Shown here: in pieces, positions 34,469 through 47,010 of the stretch | Position numbering within the stretch: the first letter of the stretch is position 1 | Layout: every line of letters begins with the position of its first letter | Assembly (NCBI GenBank): GCA_965202585.1 | Contig: OZ241827.1 | Location: 15,314,001-15,378,000 of the forward strand | Length of the DNA: 64,000 nt | Reading direction: 5' to 3' | Source: Thalia democratica | Taxonomy: Eukaryota | Program-made: the position numbers and the translations under genes | Notes under the pieces: model-generated | What the model was told of the DNA's origin: nothing | Databases searched by the model: none | What the model saw: the letters and a program-made list of their open reading frames with translations, nothing else

Positions 34469-37400
34469 CATTTTATCATCAAGTGTTTCCTTTTAATAAT
34501 AAACAATAACATGTTTTTTATTCAAAACTGAAATCAATACCACTTATGCTCAATGAGCAGTGCCCATAAAAACTTGTTTGTTTTTTTAAAGTTTAAAGGA
34601 AGTTTAACCTGTTGATCAAAGCAAATTGTGCCTGTATGAACTTTGTAAAACCTTGCTATTTGTTTTGATTTTTCTTTTTATGACTTTTGTACAAGTGTAT
34701 GCAAAGTATAGTTTTCAATATATTGTTTATATATATATATTGTTGATATATATTTTTTTGTTTTTGTGTTTTTTATTTACAGTAATATGTAAGGTAATTG
34801 CAATTAAAAAAAACAAGTTCATTCATAAAGTTCAAACAAGGTTTGACTCTTTGATCATATAACTATGTAAAATACATATAACTAGTTTTTGCTGAGCTGC
34901 TTTATTTTGTATTTAAATTTTTTATCGTTACGTGTTTTTAATAAGTAACATAAATAATAATTAATAAGTAAGAGTTGTAAATGTGTGTTAATAAAATTTT
35001 TGTAAAATCTGATGATCAAAGCAACTTTTGGTCATGTGAAATTTGTAAAATGATATTTTTTTGTGATGTTTTTTTTCGTGTTCGATGTTTTAAAAGGCTT
35101 AAAGTTTTGTTTTTCGTTTTTGTTTCACAGTTATTTGACATGTGTTTCCTATCATTGTAATAATAATATATGTTAATATAATATAATGTAATAATATATG
35201 TAATAAACTTAACATTAATATAATAATATGTTTGTTAATTGAAATTAATAAAGTACCTATAGTAACTTGTTGTCGTATCAACCTTGGTTGTTTTACAAAC
35301 TAAAACCTAGTTTTGATATAATTTTTTGTGGCTGATATATAAGAAAATGCAATTTTTTATATTTGTTTTTATTGTTTTCATTTTTTAGTAATTGAAGTCA
35401 TATGTGTAAAAATATTTTAGTTATAGTGATAGCTGCATGTTTTCAATATTAAGTTCAAAGAAAGTAAGATCTGATGATCAAAGCAGCTTGTTGTCGAATG
35501 AACTTTGTATAACATAAATAGTTGTTTTGTTGCAAATTGCTAAAAGTGTTTTGTTTTTATATCCTGTTTTGCAACATCTTGTTATTATATAATATTATTT
35601 ATTCAAAAAGTGCATTTAAACATTGAATGAGAACTCAAATATAAACTCGCTTTAAAGTAATTTTTGATGAACGAAAATGTTTGAACAAATTTACAATAAC
35701 CAAAAAAAAATTATTTGTTGTAAAATTTAAACGTAAGATCAAAGTCACTAGTTTTTGACATCTTTTATCCACTAAATGATACTATTCTAAAAATGTTTAA
35801 AAAAACTTTTATACAAAGTCATTGAATTAAATTTTTGTTACTTTTATCTTCTGTGGAGTTTACAAAAAAAAATTTATTTTCTTTTGTAAAAAACTATTTA
35901 AGCAAATAAAAAGATTGGTAAAGTTAAATTAGTAAACATCATAAGTGAAATTTTTGAAACGTTTTTATTTTAATCAAATTATTTTTGTATAAAACTTTAC
36001 TAGGTAGAATAATACACCAGAACTTTATTCTGTTTTGTTGTTAGTTTTTGTTATTTTTGTTCTTAGTAAATTTTCTAATATAAACTAAAACAAATATGAA
36101 CTACTTTGAACTCACTAAAATATATTTTATTGATTTATTAAATTTTATCTTTAAATTCAACAAAATACAGTTAATGATAATCTTACTTTAAACATCTTAA
36201 TTACAAGTTTATCTTGTTTTTCAATACAAAACTAATAAAGAATCTCATGCAAAACTAACAAACAATTTCATTGATCTATAAATCTTATAACATTAAAAGT
36301 AAAAAAATTTAATTTTTCAGCAAACTGATATTTAAACAGACATATATATAAATATTCAACAATTTCGTAACTTCAATTTGAGTTCTATTTTGTGTTCAAA
36401 TTGCGAATCTATCGGTAAGTAAAATAATACTAAAAATGTCAGTTTTGAACGAAATTTGAGTCAAAATGTGCACATAAAAATAAATAAATGTAACATTGTT
36501 TGTTATAATAAAAACTATTTTTTCGAAAGTAAAGAGATAATAGTTTGTAAAAAAGTTTGTTTTGTTTATATTATACATACTTACTTTTGTATGCACTTTT
36601 AAAAGCTATTCCGGTGTTAAGTAATAAATAATTATATAAAATTTGATTTAACATAATTCGTAAGTTTTTAGAAATATAAAAAAATTAAATACGTAACAAA
36701 AGTTTTTTATTTCAAAACGGTGCTGATTAAAAAAACCATGAATGTAATAAATGACTAATGCTGTTTATAATATTAGGTTGTTTTAAATATGGTACAATAA
36801 ATTACTATTTGATGTTTTATACTTGTTTAAACAGCCTTATATAATTATATAAGAGTCAAAACTAACCATTTAAAGTACTTCGTTAATAAAATTTGTTAAC
36901 TGTTCTGATAAAGATAAAGTTATTTGTTTCACCAACTAAAATTGATAAATTAATAGCAATTAATATATACAATTAAAAAGATAGTTTACGAAACTGTTTT
37001 AATAACTTCAAATAAAATCTATACAACAGCTTTTGTTGGTTTCACTTGATTTACTTTTTTGAGAAATTAAAACAACTTAAAGCGTCCAATTTTTGTTTTA
37101 ATTGGAATTATTTTTTTTTATATGCTAAAACGTTTAATATGAAATTGATATTTTTTTACGTAATTTTTTTAAATCTTTATATAATCTGATAACTAAATAA
37201 TTAATGTCTATTAACATTTTTTAATTTATAGAAATAACTTTTGAAGATTTTTAAAAACAGTTTAAGCTAAATATTTTATTTTAATGTTGAACAGACATGT
37301 AATTAACTTTTTGATTGTATAACTACCAATACAAAACTAATCATTAAGCTACACTCTTTGTATAATTTGTGGTTGTAGTCACTTCCAACAACACATCCTA

Positions 37401-38408
37401 ATTTTAAGAATATAAAAATCATCTCTAATAATTTTAAAATAAATTCATAGCCAAACACATAATCATAGTAATTTATAAACTCATGTTTTTAAAATTTAGT
37501 TAGTACAGCAAACTAAAATATAGATTTTCTGCTGTCCGAATTTAAAGACTTGTTTAAGTAAACGCAAAATCAAACAACTGATAAAACAAAGATATGTTTG
37601 CATATGTCACAACAAACGTTTACAGCAACACTTTAAAAAAACTATTTATAAGTAGTAAATCAAATTACAAATGAATGCGCTTCATACATCATAAAACAAT
37701 AACAAGAAAAATAGTATACATAGATCAACTTGGATGATAAATTTGTCAAATAGTTTTTTATAAAATAACTTTTGGAACAAAAAACTCAAAACACAACAAT
37801 AACTGTTACAAATGACGCTGGCAAAATACTTTATAAAAAAATGTTTTATTTGCAATAGTCATTAGAAAAATATAAAAAAATTGCCTACTCAGTCAATTGG
37901 CTATAAAAATAATTGTCACGTCCACTTGCTTTTAATTAAAGCATTGCAGCTGTATGCAATAAAAAAACACAACAAGTTATAAGTTGAGGTGTAGTAAATT
38001 TTATCTAAGGTAATTAACTTGCATAAACCACATAAACAGAAAAACTTGCTTGCATTAACCAATGAAAAAAATAATGCCTGCTATATCAATTGACTATAAA
38101 TTGAACTGCAAACATCAAAGTTAATGCTTTAACTAAAATCTCAAAAAAATTGCAGGTGAAACTGATTGTAGTAAAAATTTCTGAAAATGTCACAAAAAAT
38201 AAATTATTGGAATAATTACTTTCCTAACGGGACCCAAGCCCAATGCACAGATAATATAAAAAATAAAAAGCCTACGTAGCCAATTGATTGCAAAGTGCAC
38301 TGCGAAGTATCAAAATTGTACAGAACCTCATACAAGTTGCAGGCGCAGATGATTGTAGTAAATACTTCCTGATTAATTCAGCACCAAAAAAATACATGAT
38401 TGAAACAT

Positions 38409-41188
38409 TCACTTTCCCAGCGGAACTCCGGCACCAATGCTGACCATCACTACATACCTGATCTTCATCTTGCCCACATCGTAGATGGAGTACTCGTCAA
38501 AGTTGACCAAGTACTTGGCAACTTTGTTCATGTCCTTCATGGGACCGACTTCCATGTCTATGCCGTCCAATTTGACGCACCTACCCAAGTTTTGGTACCT
38601 GACAAATGTGTGAATGTCATTTAGTATTTTTATTTAATTAATTTAAGTTTACCTATAAAAACTCTGGGTTTTACTTAAAAAATAAAGACTAAATGTGCTA
38701 AAAATTAACAGTTATTAATTAAAAGTTTATGATATTATGCTACAAACTAGAGTTTTGTTACCTCTCACTGTTATTATGGATGTAATCATAACTTTAAAGT
38801 TCCTTACATTATTTAGTTTTACAATTTGTAGACTTAAATGACTTTAAAACGTAAAACAATGTTTCTCTTAAATATTGAAGTAAAATTTTTTGCACCTGCC
38901 AACAGTGTGAACGATTTTACTTTGGAGGGTTTTTCTCTCCGGCCAATACCATCTTTCCTGGACCATCTTGACATCAGTGTTACTTACATCAACTTCGCAC
39001 AAGAGCAGGATACCCGGCCACATCTATCATAAATAACTAAAGAGTTATACTCGGCTCAAATAAATTTCAAAGGCTATATACTAAAAATAAACTCACAAAT
39101 TCTATGTTGTTTAAGCTTTTCGTACCAATGATATACAACAAAAAGAACACAGGCGCAAATTACTTTTTTTTTATACAGAGCTAAAATTATTTAAATGATT
39201 TCGTTAGTAATGACACTTTAATGATTTTTTAATTGGCATACAATATCTTAGCAATGCAAGTAAATTAAGTAGATGAGCTAATTAGATTTCAAGATTAAAT
39301 AAAACCACCTTTTCTATGGCACTACCTAGTGCCGCGTTGCAGTACTTGGACGCCTTCGAAGCGCAAGGTGTGAAGTAGACCGCTGGTCCGTGAAGCTGCC
39401 CCTAGTGGTCGGAATACTGAACCCTCTGCGGAGTATGCCCGGCACGCAAGTCGAGTTGGTACCGTGCCAAAGAAGAAGAGGTTTCGGGTCTGGTGCTAAT
39501 TTCAGGTTTGGAACAACATTCTTATCATGAAAAGAAAGTTTTTGATCAAAATTTTTGGATAAATTACGATCTTCAAGCAGAGATTTTGGAGCTGTATCGT
39601 GATGTGCAGCTGGATCTGATTTCCATGCGGAGGCTGGTTTCTGAACAGCGGATTTCTTCAGTTGCAGTGCCAGTTTCTCAACTGAAGCTGGCTTAAGACT
39701 TACAGCAGGGTTTCGAGCTGGATCTGGTTTCTGATCTTGAGCTAGATCCTGATCATCAAAAGAGAAAACCTTGTCCACATTCAACTCAAACTTATGCTTT
39801 GATGCGTGTGTAGTCCTCACTGCAGTTTCGATCATCTTGAACACTTTAGTACCCTCTTCAATGAAACGCAAGCGTTTTGGGAAATCGTTGTTGACACCTT
39901 CTATAAAGTCCAGACGGTTCAACTCGCTACCGAGCTTTGTGTAGTTGTTTATGGGAATGGTGTATTTGTTGAACGTCCAGCAGGGTATTAGAGTGTAAAA
40001 TGCGGAACTCAAGCTTGGTAACTTGCTTTTTCGGCCATCCCTCAAACACTTCATTACGTCAAAAAGAGTTTTTCTGGCCTCGTTAACCTGCTCGATAGGC
40101 ATTCCAGACCACAAACGCCTGAACTCCGCGGGCGCTGATTCAAATTTTCTTGGTGGGTTTCCATTGCACAATTGTAACAGCTCTTTGACCTGAGAACTCG
40201 CTGAGTCGAAGTCAAAGCAATTTGAATGCCGAGCATTGAACGTCAATGAGTGGTTGTAAAAGCGATTTACCCCACTCGTAAATCTCTGCCAACCGTGTTT
40301 TAGTCCCTCATTTGGCCAGTCTACGTTCACAGCCAGCTTAAACTTTCTCTCGAAATGCTCTGTGGCAGCATTGATGGTGCTGTACTTACACACGGTGACT
40401 TCTGTGGTCGTGTGCTGGCTTCTGTGGTAGACAAAGAAACTACACGTTTTACAAGGTTGGTGGTACAGGTGACCTAGCAAACAATTCTTCTTGGCAAGCA
40501 GCTGCAATACGACAATTTCATACTCGTCAAGAAAATGTGCTGAGGAAAATGTCGTTTTGGTCAGACAGACACTCATACTGACACCATCCACACTCAATAC
40601 AACCAGATCTTTGTTTGAATTCCAAACCTTGTATTTGCTTAAACTTAATATCCTATTTTGATTGGCCTGATTCAGTTTTGGAGAGGTTTGATTTAAAATT
40701 CTGTTTTGGTTATTTTGACTCTTATTACTCCGTGAGTTAGATTGTGATTTGTCTCTCCATAAATCGGTTTCTCTCACAATTTTTGAGTTGTGTTGAGTCC
40801 CTCTTCTCCATAAATCGGCTTCACTCACACTTTTTGAGTTGTATCGATTTCCTCTTCTCCATGAATTAGTTTGACTCACACTTTTTGAGTTGTATCGATT
40901 TCCTCTTCTCCATGATTTAGTTTGACTCTGATTACTGTTTGATTTTTTCTGATTGAAGCTCCTCCAGATACTGGTCTGATTTCCACTTCTATTTGGGATT
41001 GTTTGACCCCAACTTCTAAGTTGACTAGGAGAATCAGCTTCTTTTAAATCTGGGGTGTGTTGAGTAGAACTTCTGCAAGGACTACTTTGATTTCCAAGTC
41101 TACTTCGGCTGGGAGATTTAGATTCCATTAAAACTGGATTCGTTTTAGTCTGATTTTCTAACGACACATTAATGCTTTTACAATTCAT
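38409..41188 (-). pseudogene. PARP2/3-like gene, copy B (exons 41188-39309, 39023-38896, 38598-38409); single 1-bp frameshift, possibly an assembly error
   Basis: Open through the WGR-like, helical and LLWHGT regions. A C4 run at 39399-39402 (C5 in copy A) shifts the frame before AVYF. Exons 2 and 3 are intact with GT-AG borders and matching phases (0, 2). Confidence 0.85.
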
Positions 41189-42830
41189 GACTGCCACTTG
41201 CAGTTGAAAACGTTTTTGAATTTTTTTTTAATTGACCTGCACAAAAAAACTTTTTAAATTATTAAATTTTTATACTAGCGTTTGTGTACACTAAAAAGAG
41301 TTAAAACATTGCTTTATAATATGTTATGTCATAAGTTGTAATTTTTTTTACAAAGTCACTACCAGGGTTGCTAGTCTTTGGATCAAAATAAATAAAAAAC
41401 TAAATGAATTTTCAGAAACCCTTTTAAAACCTATTCAACTATTTATTATTAAGACATGGAAGCAATATTCGATGGAAGGAGTTTTTAAACTAAACTATAC
41501 TCAAAATTTTATGTAAAATATAGTTTTTTTATAGATTAATCATAGATAAGGCTTTTTACTTCTGAAACTACATAGCTTTAAAAAAAAAAAAAAAAACTCT
41601 ATTGAATCTAAACTTAGATAAAACATTGTGATTAAAGGTAAAAGATTAGGTAGAATATAGTGTGTTTTTTACATTAAAATAAATTCTTCTATTAATAAAT
41701 TCATATGTGTGACCTAATGGTGTACAGCAAAACTTCCAACGTTTTTGAATATGTAAGTTATTTACTTGTGGCCACTAGCTTGTTAAAGTCTGGTTGCTAT
41801 CTGGTTACTGTTAGGGTCTAAATGAGATCATCTAAACCTCTCTGAGTTGAACATCGCAATATTGAAAACATATAGTCAATACATATACAAAACATAGGTC
41901 TCAAAACTTTTGTAAAGTTTAGACTTCCTATAAAATTTTAAACCTAAAGTTTAACAATGTTTGTTCTTAATGATTTTACAAAAGCAAACACTATGACCAT
42001 AAAAATATCAATTATTATAATAATTTAAGTGATAAAATATAAATCTTAAAAACATTTTGTGTATAGTACTTCAAATCATACTGAGGTTCAATAAAAAAAA
42101 CAATTAAGAAAAGTACTTTAGTGTGTATGATATTCTTTAAATTATAAAATTTGTTAAATTATAAAAATCAAAATTATGTTATTTTAGAATTGATAAAATT
42201 TTTAAGACTTCTGATAGTATTAAGTATTCAATTAAGTACTTATAACTAGCACCATTAAATTATTGAGCTTTAAATATTTCCATTTACACAAATACAATTT
42301 TTTGATTACACATAAAAAGCATGCAAACATTGAACACGTTATTTCATTTTTATATTCGTTTTCATATTTATCTATAGTTTTATTTTCAAACTCGTATAAT
42401 ACCAGGGATTAAAAGTGTATTTTTGTAACTAACAACATTTAAAGTTTCAAAGATACAATTATAACTGGTGGAAACTAAGTAGAATAAGTGTTTTTTGATA
42501 AAAACTTTAAAAACTTTGACTTACATTCATAATTTAATAACTTTAGTTTTACAATTTCACAAACAAAACATTAACAGTCAGAAATTTAGAAAAATATGCC
42601 ATTGTAATCTGATATCCAATTTAAACACATTTAAATAAATTATAAAACATGTTATATTAAACATAAAATAACCAGAAAATTAGAAATGTATGCTTTTGTA
42701 ACCAAGTATTTATATTAAACTTATTTTTTAAGAACTAACTGAAGTTTTACAGTACAACCTGTTTAATGTACATCTTGATAAAATAAACTTTACAAAGTAA
42801 AAAAAGAAGGCAGAAAATTTACAAACACAA

Positions 42831-43043
42831 TCAAATATCCATAGTGAACTTATTTCCATTCCAATTTACTTGTCCACAATTGTGGCCCCTCTCCCTAGAA
42901 TAAGCGTACTCTTTACTTGATATGTTCATGTCGTTGTAGTACTCACCTATCTCTCTATAGTCCTTCTGAAATTTCTCGTTGTTGGTGTAGTCGTCATTTT
43001 GCGACAAATCGCAGTCTCTCCACTTCTGCAGGCCGTTTGACAT
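42831..43043 (-). CDS. 70-aa orphan microprotein, copy C
   Basis: Intact. Versus B I count 6 synonymous and 8 non-synonymous changes. Confidence 0.7.
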   Translation of the reverse strand: MSNGLQKWRDCDLSQNDDYTNNEKFQKDYREIGEYYNDMNISSKEYAYSRERGHNCGQVNWNGNKFTMDI

Positions 43044-43093
43044 GCTTGTACAATTGATGTGTGAAAATATGCAAGTTTACTTTTCGTTTTTGG

Positions 43094-43101
43094 CTTTTAT
43101 A
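43094..43101 (-). promoter_or_regulatory. TATA box of microprotein gene C
   Basis: cttttata conserved at the equivalent position. Confidence 0.6.
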
Positions 43102-46100
43102 CCTTTTATAATCAAGTGTTTCCTGCTAATAATAAACAATAACATGTTTTTTATTCAAAACTGAAATCAATACCACTTGTGCTCAATGAGCACTTCTCAT
43201 AAAAACTTGTGTGTTCTTTTTAGTTCAAAGAAAGTTTAACTGTTGATCAAAGCAAATTGAGCCTATATGAACATTTTAAAGCCTTGTTTATTGTTTTTGA
43301 TGTTTAGTTTTGTGACTATTGTACAAGTGTATGCAAAGTATGTTTTTCAATATATTGTTTTTATATATACTGATGATAGATGTTTTTTTGTTTTTGTTTT
43401 TTTTATTTACAGTAATATGTAAGGTAATTGCAATTAAAAAAAAACAAGTTCATTCATAAAGTTGAAACAAGGTTTGACTCTTTGATCGTATAACTATGTA
43501 AAATAAAAATTACTAGTTTTTTGCTGAGCTGCTTTATTTTGAATTTAAATTTTTTATCGTTACGTGTTTTTAATCAGTAACAAAATATTTTAAGAGTTGT
43601 AAATGTGTGTCAATAAAATTTTTGTATATTTTGATGATCAAAGCAACTTTTGGTCTTGTGAAAATTGTAAAACAGTGATATTTTTTCGTGATGTTTTTTT
43701 TCGTGTTCGATATTTTAAAAGGCTCAAAGTTTTGTTTTCCGTCTTTGTTTTATAGTTATTTGACATGTGTTTCCTTTTGTTGTAATAATAACATATGATA
43801 TTATAATATAATGTAATAACAAGTATATGTAATAAACATAACATTATTATAATAATATGTTTGTTAATTGTTATTACAAAAAACCATAGTAACTTATTGT
43901 CGTATGAACCTTGATTGTTTTACAAACTAAAACCTTGTTTTGATGTAATTTTTTGTGGCTAATATATAAAAGAATGCAAAATTGAAGTTTTATTTTTTCT
44001 TTTAATATTTTATGATGTCATTTTTTAGTAGTTGAAGTTAGATGTTAAGAAATGTTTTGTTGTTGTGATACTTAAATGTTTTTGATACTAACTTCAAAGG
44101 AAGTTTGATCTGATGATCAAAGCAGCTTGTTGTCGAATGAACTTTCTATAACATACATACTTACAAATTACTAAAAGTGTTTTGTTTTTATATCCTGTTT
44201 GCATTAATTTAAATTATAATACTATTTATTCAGAAAGTACATTTTAAACATTGAATAAGTGTTCAAATATAAACTCGTTAAAAAATAATTTTTTATGTAG
44301 GATAATGTTTGAATAAATTAACAATAACGAAAAAAATTTTTTTGTCGTAAAGTTTCAACGTTAAATCAAAGTCTATAAGTTTATGACTTCTTTTATCCAC
44401 TAAATGATACTATTCTAAAAACGTTTAAAAAAACTTTTAAACTAAGTCATATATTTCAAAGCTTATATTTTTTGTTACTTTTATCTTCTGTGGAATTTAC
44501 AAAAAAAAAACTTTGTTGTTCTCTTGTAAAAAATTATTTAAGCAAATAAAAAGATTGGTAAACTTAAATAAGTAAACATCATAAGTGAAATGTTTGAAAT
44601 GTTTTTATTTTAACCAAATTATTTTTTATAAAATTTTTACTAGGTTGAAATACATCAGAACTTTATTGTTTTTGTTCTTAATTGTTGTTAATTTTGTTCT
44701 TAGTATAATTTATTACATACTAAAACAAAAAAGTATTACATTGAACTTGCTAAAAGATATTTTATTGCTGCTTAAAATTCAAAATAAATAAAGTTAATGA
44801 TAATCTTACTTTAAACAACTTTATTACACGTTTATCGTGATTTTCAATACAAAACTAATAGAAAATCTCATGCGAAACTAATGAACAATTTCATTGATTT
44901 ATAAATCATATAACATTAAAAGTAAACAAACACAATTTTTAAGCAAACTGATATTTAAACAGACATATATATAAATATACAATAACTACGTAACTTTAAG
45001 TTGATATCTATTTGGTGTTTAAATTTCGAATCTATTGGTCAAGTTAAATAATATAAGGACAAGAAATCTCAGTTTGAACAAAACTTCGAGTCAAAGTGTG
45101 CACATAAAATAAATAAATGTAACATTGTTTGTTATTTAAAAAACTCTTTTTTCGAAAGTAAAGAGATAATAGTTTGTAAAAAAGTTTGTTTTGTTTATAC
45201 TATACATACTTACATTTATATGCACTTTTAAAAGCTTTTCCCGTGTTAAGTAATAATTATTTATATAACATTTGATTTAACTTAATTCGTAAATTTTTAA
45301 AATTATAAAAAAATTTAATACATAACAAAAGTATTTTTATTTCAAAACGGTGCTGATTAAAAAAACCATGTATGTAATAAATGACTAATGCGGTTTACAA
45401 TATTAGGTTGTTTTAAATATAATACAATAAATTACTTTTTGATGTTTTATACTTGTTTAAAAAGCCTTATATAATTATATAAGAGTCAAAACTAACCACT
45501 AAAGTACTTTGTTAATTAAATTTGTTAACTGTTCTGATAAAGTTATTTGTTTCACCAATTAAAATTGTTAAATTAATATAAATAAACATATACGATTAAA
45601 AAAGATAGTTTAAGAAACTTTTTTAATAACTTCAAAAAAATCAAAAAAATATTTATAACAGCTTTTGATGGTTTCACTTGATTTACTTTTTCGAGAAATT
45701 AAAACAACCTAAAGCGTCTAAAGTTAAGAGCTCTGGTTTGGTTACATGTTGCTCTTCTATTTACAATTAAAAACTTAGTAGTTATTTAAACCCTCAGCAA
45801 CAACTATTTACTTCATTTTAATTTAGGAATGTAAATTAATTTTAAGTCTTTTGAAGGTTCACTATTAAATTTATAAGATATTTGTACTTTAAATTACAAA
45901 CTAGACAGACATAAAAAACACTTTTGTTATAAATCCTTTTTATTTATAAAGCTACACTGTTTGTATAATTTGTGGTTGTAGTTACTTCCAACAACACATC
46001 GTAATTTTTAGAATATAAAAATCATCTCTAATAATTTTAAAATAAATTCATAACCAAACACATAATCATAGTAATTTATAAACTCAAGTTTTTTAAAATT

Positions 46101-47010
46101 TAGTTAGTACAGCAAACTAAAATATAGATTTTCTGCTGTCCGAATTTAAAGACTTGTTTAAGTAAATGCAAAATCAAACAACTAATAAAACAAAGATGTG
46201 TTTGCATATGTCACAAGAAACGTTTACAGCAACACTTTATACAAACTATTTATAAGTGATAAATCAAATTACAAATAACTGCGCTTCATACATCATAAAA
46301 CAATAACAAGAAAAATAGTATACATAGATCAACTTGGATGATAAATTTGTCAAATAGTTTTTTATAAAATAACTTTTGGAACAAAAAACTCAAAACACAA
46401 CAATAACTGTTACAAATGACGCTGGCAAAATACTTTATAAAAAAATGTTTTATTTGCAATAGTCATTAGAAAAATATAAATTGCCTACTCAGTCAATTGG
46501 CTATAAAAATAATTGTCACGTCCACTAACTTTTAATTAAAGCATTGCAGCTGTATGCAATATAAAATACAACAAGTTATAAGTTGAGGTGTAGTAAATTT
46601 TATCTAAGGTAATTAACTTGCAAAAAAAACCATATAAACAAAAAAACTTGCTTGCATAAACCAATGAAAAAAATAATGCCTGCTATATCAATTGACTATA
46701 AATTGAACTGCAAACATCAAAGTTAATGCTTTAACTAAAATCTCAAAAAAACTGCAGGTGAAACTGATTGTAGTAAAAATTTCTGAAAATGTCACAAAAA
46801 ATAAATTATTGGAATAATTACTTTCCTAACGGGACCCAAGCCCAATGCACAGATAATATAAAAAATAAAAAGCCTACGTAGGCAATTGATTGCAAAGTGC
46901 ACTGCGAAGTATCAAAATTGTACAGAACCTCATACAAGTTGCAGGCGCAGATGATTGTAGTAAATACTTCCTGATTAATTCAGCACCAAAAAATTACATG
47001 ATTGAAACAT

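Noticed and set aside
28517-36596. 66-aa ORFs repeated in units A and B (28517-28717, 36396-36596)
   Set aside because: Extremely AT-rich, F/I/N-biased and not preserved in unit C. Their recurrence reflects the duplication only.
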